From Trichosphaerium sp. ATCC 40318 (lineage: Eukaryota; Protista; Tubulinea): a DNA stretch of 64,000 bases. Below, in pieces: positions 12,803 to 25,288 of this stretch. The notes beneath the pieces are model-generated. The model ran no database searches, was not told the origin of the DNA, and worked only from the letters and a program-made list of their open reading frames with translations. The DNA is taken from assembly GCA_038496445.1 (NCBI GenBank), contig JALMLS010000282.1:62001-126000 (forward strand). The letters are read 5' to 3'. Position numbers and translations under genes: made by a program. The first letter of the stretch is position 1. The number at the start of each line of letters is the position of its first letter.

Positions 12803-13565
12803 ATTTAAATATGTTGAAGATGGTTATAGAGGAAACCTGTTTTACTCATTTTTGGCAAGAGCAATTTAAGCAAATACATGTAGAGCTAAACTGTTGCTTA
12901 AGGGACTTCCAAATCATGATAACAATTTTACTGTGATGATAGAATGTACTCATCGCTAACACATATTGTACCAGATATATCGAGGCATCAGTTTCTCACA
13001 AGTTTAATAGCATCATTCGCTTAATATCGGCTTGTAGTGACCATTCACGTGATTGTACTTTCCTCGAAGTCCACTACTAAAAAACTGAGAAAATGGTGTG
13101 AGTTTAAACATACAGGCAGAAAAAGATTTCTCTTGTTCGAAGAATCTTGCTATCAAATACATTCAATAATACAGACGCAAGTATTATCGCGTTATTACAA
13201 GGAGGGCATCACACCTACACAGCTATGATGTATTGCAAAAGATCCTACTGAGCTATTTAAACATATTGGGTTGCTATTCGGTAGAAGAAGATAAACTGGC
13301 TTTTATCTCTTTGTTGACGTCATTCGTAATATTGCAAACTCGGATTGACAGATTTGTAGGAGTTGTCTTGCCCATGAAATCATCTGGAATCCATCAGCCT
13401 TATCACATACTTCTCTGTAGCATCTCTCTTCCGTTTTATCACGTGACAAACAATTTGTTATTTAAATAAAAGTGAAGCTATTATTGCTTGCGGTTAGTAT
13501 TGTTATATTTTGATTTAAGTCAGCGTAAAGAGTCTGACTTGTTTCTTAATCATAACAGACCTTCA

Positions 13566-14901
13566 ATGGCATTACCTATGTCGTTTGACGAGTTTCCGCT
13601 TGAGATAGCATTTAATGTCTTGATGTATTTAGACGACAAGATGAAATTTGTATTTTGCGGTACCTCCAAAGCATGGAGACGGTACATACTCAATGTACCT
13701 GAATTCAAGGTATGAATGTTAATCTCGTTTATGTTACTGTTTACGCCTGAATTAGGCTGAAATACATCGTTTCATCAATGCTCAACCAGCAACACGCCTT
13801 GAAAGAGTCATAAACTTACCTACATATCCACACCACCAATTTCTTTCGCCTGAGATTGAGAGTTTTGTATTCTGTGAACCAAAGGTAATCACGTGTCACC
13901 TTTGACATTTTAATTAACAGCTGTGTCTAGTTTTATGTGTCTATCATCAACGGAAACACTGCATTTGTACTACTCTTGTGAAGTTGTTTTTAGAGGTCTC
14001 ACACGTGTTATTGTAGGTATTTCAAGGCGATGCTGCTCATCCAACAAAAACACTTGTTGTACTTTTAGCAAAGGAACTTCCTTCAGTTGCCTTTAAACAT
14101 GGATTTAAGGATGTGACTGTGAAATTGACAATAATTGATAACATACTATTTATTAATGTAGTGTTACCTGTTGGCAAGGATATTTGCTTCAAGATAGACC
14201 TTTTTAAAGAAGTAATTAAAGTGAAAAAGACCAAATGGAAGCACTCAGACTTCTATCATACTCAAAGTAAGATAGATCCAAATATAGTTTACTACATTGA
14301 ACACAAAGCCAAGTCAAAGAATCAAAGTGTTTCTATGATAGATACAAGAAAGTCTAAAATACCAGTAAAAGCCTATGTACAAAACTATTGTAAATCAGTA
14401 CAAGAACTAACACTTTGTTCAAATAGCAAATGAAGCTCTGTTGTATTGCAGCTGATTCAAAAGATACTTTATATGTATGTAAAGATGATGCCTTTTATGT
14501 TCATAAATGGAATGGGGAGAGATGGGAGATTGCAAAGCTTCGCATAAGAAAGTTTAATGTATTGCATGTCAGCGTGAACTCAAATGATATTATTACATTG
14601 GCTGGATGCGGTGGTTATGGAAGGCACAATTCTGACTACAAAATAAAGATAGGTAAATGGGATCATGACAGCAATCAATTTAAATTCTTGGTTGATTGTG
14701 ACATACACCAACATCAATGGGCTCACAAAAGAAGCAAAAAAGCGTTTTGCATTGGATGTACGATTTCAAAAAGTTGTTTAACCACTGTTCGTTGTTCATA
14801 TACTTATTCTTTTTTTTTAAGCTGTATTGTATGTGATTGGCATTGTTCCAAAGGAAGACTTCAAATATGTTGTACTTGTCAAAAGGTTCCATACACCATA
14901 A
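13566..14901 (+). CDS. F-box protein, paralog 2
   Basis: MSFDEFPLEIAFNVLMYL...FCGTSKAWR, with the same intron positions as 7578-9022. Confidence 0.75.
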
Positions 14902-15280
14902 GTTCAATAAGTTTGCCTCACGCTAATGAGTAGAGCCGTTCACTATAACAACTAACCTCTGTTATACTGTATTGTTGTGAACGATTACTCTGGCGTTGCC
15001 TATGCATCATGGACATTCTCCGGCTTGAATAAATCATGATTGAACTGAAAACAGTTTTGATAAACTATTCATTACTGAGTAAATCTTCAACGTACTAGCA
15101 CCATTGTTGTAAGAGCGCTTTTTGCACGTACTACAAAACCCATTTTGTATTAAAACTCAACCTGGTCCAACGACAAGGGATAAAAATTTGTGGATTCTAG
15201 TACCAGCTTTTTATATGTAGATTGGAAATTGTTTTTTCAAAACATTTTGTTTTGCCATAACATCCCTAAACAACATGGTG

Positions 15281-16293
15281 TCACATTACAACGCAATTTG
15301 TCTTCTCTGTAGATTTATCAACAATTCCTTTATGTTTCAACGCTGCTAGAGCTGCTTCATCGAATACTACACAAAAAAGAAAAGTAGGTTAGCACTCCGA
15401 GTGTAAGAACACTCATGATACGTACCTTTCTTCATACCATCTTGAGTAAGAGCGCTACATTCCGCATAAGACACTGCCTTTGTAGAGATAATCAGTGCGA
15501 TAAAAATAGTGAAAGTAGCTTACCCCTATTTTTTTTGCAACCTTTTCAGCTTCTTCTCGAGGTACACAATCGTATGGACTTCCATCACTTTTTGGTGTTG
15601 TTCTCAAATCCATTTTAAGACCTACAAGAACAATAGGTGTATCTGGACAATGGTGATGTACTTCAGGTTTCCACTACATGTGATTAGTTTTGTTGTTAAA
15701 GAAAGAACCTTGAAGCTTTAGGTGTACCTTGGAAACAACTTTTTGAAGACTAGATGGCGAAATGACGCTGAAGCATATTAGAAAAACATCAGTTTGCTAA
15801 AACAATCACATCAGAACACAAATAAACATAGCAACAAAAACTATCAAGTCTTACAGGATAGCTCAAAGGTCTCAATGTGTCATAATCATCACGACTTGCT
15901 GTATCAAATAAACCTTTCAAATGTGTCAACAATATTATGTAGAAGGAAAGAGCCAGCGAACCTAAGTGTACAGTCTTGCCTGCAACCGTCACATCAGTAC
16001 TAAAAAACGTGTCAATTTTTTTTTTTGTGGATTTCTTGTTTTTCACAAATATCGAAGTCGCTTCAACCCCTAATTACCTGTAATTATCCTTCCCTGTATA
16101 TACTAAGCGGTATAAGCATCAACAAGGCTAATTAGGCCGTACCGTAATCTTGAGGGAATAAATTTGTTGTAACGCGTATAAGCAACTGTGTTTTGCCTTA
16201 GAAGGCAAGTATTAGCGCGAAATAACGACTTTTTGTCGTTTAGTACATACCAACTGCTACATCTCCGTTAACAACCACTTTGATATTATCCAT
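15281..16293 (-). CDS. Atypical Rho/Rac-family GTPase (G12V, no catalytic Gln), CaaX CVVM
   Basis: Spliced: [66 protein letters not shown]. Confidence 0.85.
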
Positions 16294-16439
16294 GGCGTAT
16301 GTGATGTGTTATTGAATGATTAACGGGATTTATGGATTAAGTGAGGTGCAACACAGAACCAAAATCCTAAAAATAGGCGAATAATGTAAAAGTAAACACA
16401 AAAAAAAGATAAACTTGTTGGATAGGAAAAATAACATGT

Positions 16440-16580
16440 AGGATTTGACGCGTAATAACGCTATTTTGTGGTAGCGCTGAGCCTTATTTCGTGACAATTT
16501 ACTAACATAGGTAGCCTTGTGCAACTCTGAAAGCTACACACCCTTGCCAAATTAAGATTTGTGGGAAAAGCACGTGTCTA
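16440..16580 (+). mobile_element. Partial copy of the MITE-like element
   Basis: ggatttgacgcgtaataacgctattttg...cataggtagccttgtgcaactct..agctacac matches 32856-32957. Confidence 0.6.
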
Positions 16581-17132
16581 TGAAATCGTTAAGCTGCTAA
16601 GGTCATATTTTTTAAACATGGTCACAAAAATCTACTTTATTTGTTTTTATTTCATAACAGACAAATATACGACGCACTAGTGGAACAAATATTAAAGGTG
16701 CTTATCCTTTTTGTCGTTTTGCGGAGGTAGGGTAGCGGAAACCAGCCCAGCTCTCTTTTCGGGTGATTAGTCTTTAAGGTAATGAACGTTTAAGTAGGAA
16801 TTTTAGGGGATTTTCTCGCTGACGTCTCTACAGCCATGTTAGACTACCAATATTTTGTGAGTTGACAGTTTACAAAGGCCTTTCGAATAAATAGCAGCTT
16901 GATAAGTATCCATGTCCATTTGATTAATACCGTGAACTGAATCTGTTCATTGATTGTAAGATTAAAAATCCTATGAAGTGTCTTCAACTTGCTTGTGTTC
17001 AATATGTGTGAGGTTCATTAAAACAGGAATCTAATAAACGCATACTTGTATTTGAAGTTCAACAAAGTGTGCTAGTTTTAATTACTTTTGAACTAAAGTC
17101 ACATTACTCCTTCACACTTTAAAAACATGTTT

Positions 17133-18184
17133 TCACATTACAACGCATTTTGGCTTCTCTGTACATTTGTAAGCAACAAGCCCTCTATGTGCCAAGGCTG
17201 CTAGAATTGCTTCATCGAATACTATGCAAAAAAAGAAAAGTTAACACGTTTGATGTTGTTTTTGTAGAAGCCGAGTGTAAGAACACTCATGATATGTACC
17301 TTGGTTCAAACCATCTTGAGTAAGAGCGCTACATTCCACGTACGACATTGCCTTGGTAGAGATAATCAGCGAGTGAGATAAAAATAGTGAAAGTAACTTA
17401 CCCCTATTTCTATAGCAACCTTTTCAGCTTCTTCTCGAGGTACACAGTCGTATGGAGTTTTATCACTTTTAGTTGTTGTTCTCAGATCCGTTTGAAGACC
17501 TGCAAGAACTATAGGTGTATCTGGACAATGGTGATGTACTTCAGGTTTCCACTACATGTGATTAGTTTTATTGTTAAAGAAAGATCCTTGTAGCCTTAGG
17601 TGTACCTTCGAAACAACATTTTGAAGACCTGATGGCCAAGCAACGCTGAAGCATATTAGGAAAACATCAGTTTGCTAAAAAAAAATCACGTGAGAAGACA
17701 AATTGTTTCAACACAAACAGGCGAAACATAGCAACAAAAATTACAGAAAATCTCAAAGATCTCAATGTATCAAAATCCATAGGACCTGGTGTATCCCATA
17801 AACCTTTTAAAAAGTTAAATAACAGTATGAGGTAAAGAAAGAGATAGCGAACTTAAATGTACTGGCTTGCTTGCAACCATCACATTAGCATTAGTGCTAA
17901 AAAACGTGTCAACATTTCTTATGGATATTTTTTTCTTCTAAAATACGCAAAGTCGCTTCAACCCCTTACCTGTAACTGCCAAACACTGTCGGTACTAAGC
18001 AGTATAAGCATCAATAAGGCTAGTTAGGCCGTACCGTATTCTGTAGGGAAAGAATTTAATGCATAGCTCATGAGCAAGCATGTTTTGCCTGAACAAACAA
18101 TATTAGGGCGAAATAACGACTCTTTGCTCTTTAGTTCATACCAACCGCTCCATCTCCAACAACAACAAGTTTGATATTCTGCAT
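17133..18184 (-). CDS. Rho/Rac-family GTPase (DTPGP in switch II), CaaX CVVM
   Basis: Spliced: [51 protein letters not shown]. Tandem paralog of 15281-16293. Confidence 0.9.
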
Positions 18185-18667
18185 GGCGTATGTAATATGC
18201 TGTTGAGCAATTAACGTGTTTTATGTCCGGTTTAGCCTAAACCCAACTAAAAAAAAGTTAAATTTCTAGCTTATCAATTTTATTTTGAGTTGTTTAAGGT
18301 ATGATAGGAAACGTTATACCTTCTTGACCTCGACAAGATGAGGAAACAAAATGGATAACTTACCACTTTTATCTAAACAGGAAACCAAGGTATTTAAAGT
18401 TTATTGTCGGTGTGCGTGATAGCTACATTGCTGATGGCTCATAGTTCTCAAAAGAAGTTACAGGCAAACATGTTTGTTTGGTTTTTTTTATTGAGTTATA
18501 CTTTATCAAGGCACATATAGTACACACAAGCTCCCCATGGAACCTGGGATATGTCCCTTGACAGGCAAACATGTTCACGTACTAGTAGTCAATGTCAGTC
18601 AGAAACGACTACAAGTTAAAAACACGTGGGTTCTAGCGGTTTATACTTTAACGCACCCATATTTAAT

Positions 18668-19682
18668 TATGACAACAAAGCATAGTACAAACAATGCAAA
18701 GGGGTTTAGTAATAAATCTGACGGTTGCCACCTGTTACGCCTTCCCGTTGAGATTCAACTTGATATTATTGATTTAGAGGTATCATTGTATTTAATTTGG
18801 CCTCTTCTATCTAAAACAAGCGCAATGATGACAAGATTCGATGAAGAGATGAAGAAACATGGAAAATGGCAAAGAAGAACATCTAACAACCAACTTGTAA
18901 GCTCTCAGTCGTATTCACAGTAATCAAGTTTCTTCAATTCTATTTTGAACGTGGACCACTTTTTAATTTTATCTTAGACTCATGAACAACATTGGTCACA
19001 TGGTAATATGCATGGAGAACAAAAAGAGTGGCACGATAATGGAAGTTTGTTTGAGACGTGTAACTATACTAATAGTAAACTTGAGGGAGAGTACAAGCGG
19101 TGGCACTTTAATGGTCAATTGTGGTTACATCTTGTTTATGTCAATGATAAATTTGAAGGAGAGTACAAGGAGTGGCATGACAATGGCCAATTGAAACAGC
19201 GTTGCAGTTATGCAAATGGTAAACGAGAAGGAGCATACAGGAGTTGGTATGACAGTGGCCAATTGAAAGAGTATTGTTGTTATGTCTTTGGCAATATTGA
19301 AGGAGAATACAAACAATGGCATGATATTGGTCACTTCAAAGAGCGATGTACTTACGTAAAAGGTAATCCAATTGGAGAATACAAGCAATGGTATGAAGAC
19401 GGCCAATTATGTAAGTGGATTAGATATATCAATGGCAGTCATGCTGAGTGTAATCTTGAAGCAGAGTATAAGATTTGGCATGACAATGGCCAAATGGCAG
19501 AGCACTTTTCTTATGTAAATGGTAAACGAGAAGGAGATTACAAGAAGTGGGGCTATACTGGCAAATTGTTATCACACTTCAATTTTGTCAATGGTACAGC
19601 TGAAGGACGGTGGGATACTGGTGGTCAATATCACGTATTTGAGACACCTGAGATAGAGCCCAATAGGTGTTTGTTGATGTAA
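18668..19682 (+). CDS. F-box-like + MORN-repeat (YwqK-like) protein with C-terminal CaaX (CLLM)
   Basis: Exon 1 (LLRLPVEIQLDIIDL...), phase-0 intron 18897-18977, then repeats of EGEYKxWxxNGQL ending NRCLLM*. Confidence 0.85.
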
Positions 19683-19994
19683 TTAAAGCTTCTTAAAAGT
19701 ACTTGCTTGGATACGTTCAGAGAAGGAAGCCAAAGAATTGTTTATAAAACAGTGCAATACAAATAAATGTTTCAAGTTTTTAGTTAATGTTGTAAACCTC
19801 GTTGATTAAGAATTCTAACAGGACATTGAAATTGACCCAAATTTACCATCAGAGGTAAGACTCACTTACAAAAAATCGCCCAAACAACGACATTAAGTTC
19901 AACTCTGACTCCGCCTTAATTAGTCACTTACTGTAGCTAACAAGTACACCTGGTGCCCTCAAAAATATCTACAACGTGTTGATACTATTTAATT

Positions 19995-21257
19995 ATGACA
20001 ACGAAGCATAGTACAAACAATGCAAAGGGGTTTAGTAATAAATCTGACAGTTGTTACCTATTACGCCTTCCCGTTGAGATTCAACTTGATATTATTGATT
20101 TAGAGGTATCATTGTATTTAATTTGGCCTCTTCTATCTAAAACAAGCGCAATGATGACAAGATTCGATGAAGAGATTAAGAAGCATGGAAAATGGCAAAG
20201 ATGGAGACACGTGACACTAGAAAACCGTATTATACTCGTAAGTGATGGCTTTTTATAAAAACGACCTAAAAACCAATTGTAACGTTTGTGTTAAATTATT
20301 ATTCTTCGGTGAAGCACCTTTAACATCTAAACTGACTTTTTTTTGAAGCCATTTTTAATCGCACAGTAGGTTCACGAACAACATTGGTCAAATGGTAAGA
20401 AACATGGAGAACAAAAAGAGTGGCACGATAATGGAAACTTGATGGATAAAAGTAATTACGTCAATAATGAACTTGAAGGAGAGCGCAAGCGATGGTTTGA
20501 AAATGGCCAATTATGGGTTCAGTCCATTTATCTCAATGGTAAACTTGAAGGAGAGTACAAGGTGTGGTATCAAAATGGCCAATTGAGCCACCACTGTACC
20601 TATGTCAATGATAAACTTGAAGGGAAGTGCAAAAAGTGGAAAGAAAACGGAAAACTGAACACTGAAAATAATTATGTCAATGATATTCTTGAAGGAGAGT
20701 ACAAGGTTTGGTTTACAGAAAACGGCGAACAAAAGCTATTGGATAATATCAATTACTATGTTAGTGGTAAACGACACGGAGAGTATAAGAGATGGTATAT
20801 CAATGGTCAATTGTACATCCACTGCAACTATGCCAATGGTAAACGACAAGGAGAGTACAAGCAGTGGCATGCTAATGGCCAATTGCGTGAGCACAGTAAT
20901 TATATCAGTGATACACTAGAAGGAGAGTACACAGAGTGGGATAGAGAAGGCCAATTGATACAGCACTGCTATTACGTAAATGGTAATGATTCAGGCCGCC
21001 GTAGTGTACTAGATGGAGAGTTCAAGCAGTGGTACAACGGTTGCCAATTAAAAAAGCAGTGCACTTATGTAAATGGTAAACTTGAAGGAGAGTACAGGGA
21101 GTGGGGTTATAATAGCCAATTGATACAGCATAGCACTTATGTAAATGATAAACTTGAAGGAGAGCACAAGGAGTGGAATAGTGATGGCCAATTGATACAG
21201 CACAACACTTACGCCAATGGTACAGTTAAAGAAGAAAACAGGTGTTTACTGATGTAG
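19995..21257 (+). CDS. F-box-like + MORN-repeat protein with C-terminal CaaX (CLLM), tandem paralog
   Basis: Exon 1 is nearly identical to the 18668 copy. Phase-0 intron 20238-20369, then MORN repeats ending NRCLLM*. Confidence 0.85.
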
Positions 21258-22055
21258 TGAAGCTACTAGAACCACGTGAAAGTGTACTTGTTGTTGGAGG
21301 TGTTCAGGAACCCAAAGATGTTTTCAATGAACAGTGCAAACAGCAAGTAATTTGCTGGCTAGAAAACTAACTCGTAGCTCAATCTTTAGTAGTGTCCTAC
21401 AAGTAAATTAATCCTTTACGTGTTAATATGTTTAACTTCATCCTATTAAATCCCATCCACCCTTGTTAATGTGCATGCCTCATGTAGTGTCTGGCTAAGC
21501 CTAGTCAACTAAGCAAACAAGCAAGCCAATGCAAAAAAGTCAAAGACTGTACAAGTCAATAAACAATACAAAGTACAAATAGCGAAATGGTGTACATGCT
21601 AAAATACCAACGCATAACTGATGAAGAAGTCAGCTTTTTTTTTTCATCCAAATAAAATTCGTTTGATTTCTCCATGCTAGAAGTGAGGTGAAGTATCAAA
21701 AAAACTAAACTGATTTCATCCTTCAATCTAATATCGCTCTATTTAGGATGTTGTAAACCAAGCTTACACCGTTAAAAACCGTTGAATTTCACGTGTTTTT
21801 TTTTTGTTAATTTCTTAACTAGTCTCAAGTTAAGCCAATTATCAGCTAGTACCTATCATCCGTCACCGTTGCAACATAATAGTAGGTACGTAGATAATAA
21901 ACTTGTTTTAAAACAGTTGTGATGTTAGAATTATTATACGTATTTGTTCGTGCACTCCTGCGGTGCTTACGCGTAGTGTGACGATATGGGTGCACTTTTT
22001 ATCGAATTACGTCATGTTCCGTCAGAAAAGCGCGTAGGTGATTCAAACAACTCAC

Positions 22056-24071
22056 ATGAGTAGGACAATACTGTATTGCACATGGAAACTGAGACTCTGA
22101 GCAGCGTGCGAGTAAACAGAGGAGCTGATTCCCTTGAAACAGAACCGTTACGGCAAAGTACGCAAAAAAGAGTTACAGGAGTAGTGATAGGACTCTTACG
22201 CAGAAATAGTTAGCCGGCTGCAAGATTGGTCTACGGACGATGTGGAGCAGTGGTTTATCAACGAAGGCTACCCTAGCCTTGCTAAAAAGTTTAAGAAGCA
22301 TAGTATAAACGGAAGTGACCTCTCAGAGCTAAGTACTGAAGATTTGAAAGAAATAGGCGTAAAAACAATTGGTCAACGTCGTAAGATAATGAGGAAAGTG
22401 AATCAAGTACTTTTAGAAGACAAAAAAGGTACACAAACGAAGAAAATCACAAACAAATCGACCTTTTTTATTTCTCGCTGAATGACGTTTTGTCACGCTT
22501 TAGTTCATTAAATCTCTTTTTAATCATATTAGAGGAGAACACAGATGATCAAGACACAATTGAGCTTGCTACAGAGGCATTTAAACTACTACCAGATATC
22601 AAAAGAGGACCAAGACAAGCTGTTGTTGGATTTCTTTTTCATGCTGAAGAGTTCTTAGATTCTCCTATTTGGAAGCAATTCGTTTTAGCTTTTTCTGGTG
22701 GTGCTTATATTGCTTTTGGTGCTGCTCTTTCTATTGTACTATCAGCGGGTGTTGGTATGTATACCGAAGTTTTTTTTTTTGAAGCTGCTAAAAGTCGAAA
22801 CTTTTTCTTTTTTTGTTGTTACAACTTTTTGACTCGCTTTCAGAGACACCTGGTCCAAAACGTTTCTTGACTTCTCTTGGATTCATTGCTGGATTCTCAA
22901 TGGTTATACTTACTGGTTCCGCGTTATTCACAGAGGTACGGGTCGTGTATATTGAGTTTTTCTTCTAATATCAATATGCAGATAAATGTGCTAATTCCTG
23001 ATATGATTTTGCTTCGATTACGGACCTACAGACTTATTTGTCGCAAATGCTTCAGATTTTGGGCTTTGGTATATGTAGGGAATATTATAGGAGCTTTAAC
23101 AGTAACATTCCTTCTTTGGTTAACGAGTACTTTAACTAAAGATTCGCTTGATAGATTGGATGACATTGTTTTTGAAAAAATGAAATACTCGGACAAGGTA
23201 CAACAACAGCCTTCTGAATTTTATGTGTACCCTTCTGCTTTACTTCATGGTCTATCATAATATTTTTTTAAAGCCACTATAATTGACCTAACCTTTTTTT
23301 TTAGCCAACTGTTGGAAGTTGGTTCTTGGTTTTAATTTCTGGTATTCTTGGAAATTGGCTTGTTGGTGTTGCTGCGTTACTTGCACAAACAGCAAGAACA
23401 TTGATATCTAAAGTTATTGCTGTATTTTTTCCAGTCATGACATTTGTTTCATTGGGTGTTGCACATGCACCAGCAAATATGGGTACGCCAAATGTTGAAA
23501 AAACAAAAAATCACGTTTTATTTCCTTACCTCAATCCTACCCTTGTCGTACGCGTCAGATTTTAAGTATAATCGAAAATGAGTCGTATATAAATCGAGAA
23601 AGGTTTCACAAAGGCTCATGATCACATAGTGTTGATGTAGCTCGAAAACTCTCAAAACTTATTTTTTTCCAACTTTTTTTGTATTTTATTCTTTTGATGC
23701 TTTTGGAAATTAGTCACGTGATCGCTGTGTCAAAAAATAACACGTGATGGTTTGACTAATAATTGTATTTTTAGGATACCTATTCTTGGGATTGATGGAA
23801 GGTAAAGGAAAGACATCAGTACTTAAAGTCATTGTGTGGAATCTTTGTACGTTAACTTGGAGAACATATTCAAGCTCGGAAAAATATTTTTCCGCAAAAA
23901 AGGTACTTATTTTTATATTTAGTGCCGTCATCCATCGGAAATCTCCTAGGAGGTATGATTATGGTTGGTTTATTCTACTGGGTTGTTTTTGCACCTCCAA
24001 AAAGACAGCTAAGGTCAACATTCCCACATTTGTTTAAAAAGCCTCACGTACGCCTTAAAATAGTAATCTAA
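22056..24071 (+). CDS. Formate/nitrite transporter (FNT) family channel with N-terminal SAM domain
   Basis: SAM: WSTDDVEQWF...FKKHSINGSDL..L..EDLKEIGV.TIGQRRKI. FNT motifs: AFSGGAYIAFG, LTGSALFTE, VYVGNIIGA, SGILGNWLV, FVSLGVAHAPANM and SIGNLLGG. The exact 3' end is uncertain. Confidence 0.85.
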
Positions 24072-25288
24072 GCGTAAGTAACCATGTCTGACGCTAAATA
24101 GAAGAAAAACAACAAGTAGCACCTAAAACGGCGACAAGTGAAAAAATCTTCCCAATATGTAATCTCTACGCATAGAAACTATGTTTAAAGAACTTAGACA
24201 TAGTTCTGTTACTGTTAAAGAAGGGACAAACAACAAATGGAAAAAAAAAACAGAAATCGACAAGAAACGTAAGGGTTATGTCTATCACTTGTAACATACT
24301 ACAATACATTCCTTTTTAAAAAGTACCGAAAAACGTCACAGCTGTTCAAAAAAGGCCAATTTCTGGTTTTGAAAACGCGTATTTTCGAGATTTATAACAA
24401 CGTACGCATTACTCTCAATATACCGCTTTCCTTACCACTTTGTAGATTGCTTATGAGAAAGATTTGTCTTTTTTTTTTCGAAACTACTGCGTAGTCAATA
24501 GTGAAAAATAGGGAAAACAGTATATTCTGTCTTAAAACCTTCACTGGTATACATTCCTACGCGAATTCTTGATAACCAATTTCGGCCAAGACCTTGAAAA
24601 TGCAGGAAGACCCTTGCACATGGAAGTACTATAGTGTGTTATCCCTATGCTGTGACTCTGAAAGTCACATACGCGTACTGATCATGTATTCAGTGATGTT
24701 CGTTGACAAGGCTTTGTCGTTTGTTTTAGTGTTGTCTAAAGGTCAAAAGATCCATTGACATAGTAGAGAATGTTGTGCAAATATAATAATGTCGCATTTG
24801 ACGCGTAGCGTAATTATACTTACACAACATTCTCTTATACTGAAGAATGCAACGCGTAGACATTAAAGTCTTACGTGCTACCTACTTTTAGCAGTCATTG
24901 TTACCCTTTTCGACAATGCATAAGACTTTTCTATGAGGTGCTGCGTACGTATCACTGAAGAGTTTTGAATAATTTATTCAAATTTTCGTATCATGTTCTG
25001 TGAAGCCTCCCAATGAAGTATTTTAGGCAAAGGTACTACCATATTGCAGACATTTGATTAATGACGTTGTACCCGTACAAGTTTAAAGCGTTACTCATCC
25101 TACGCTGCAACTTTGAATTCACTACAAATGGACTGGTGTTTATGCTCTTGAGAGTGGTGTTTTGTTGTATTGTGAGCGTATGTGCTTGTCCACTTGAAGA
25201 TTGTATTAATTTATATTGCTCGTTTTTGTCGTTGACGGTCAAACAGCTTTCTCGTGAAATCTCGATAATACTCGCAAAACCTCACGCA

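Noticed and set aside
16715-16770. SH3-like GWFPLPY on the minus strand
   Set aside because: An upstream in-frame stop and no remaining SH3 motifs.
19008-21257. MORN repeats as a CRISPR array or diversity-generating retroelement target
   Set aside because: The repeats are in-frame coding units. No reverse transcriptase or adenine-specific template/variable pair was seen.
9102-21257. Integrated giant-virus genome
   Set aside because: No viral core genes (capsid, polB, packaging ATPase) were seen, and the genes have spliceosomal introns and alternate with host genes.
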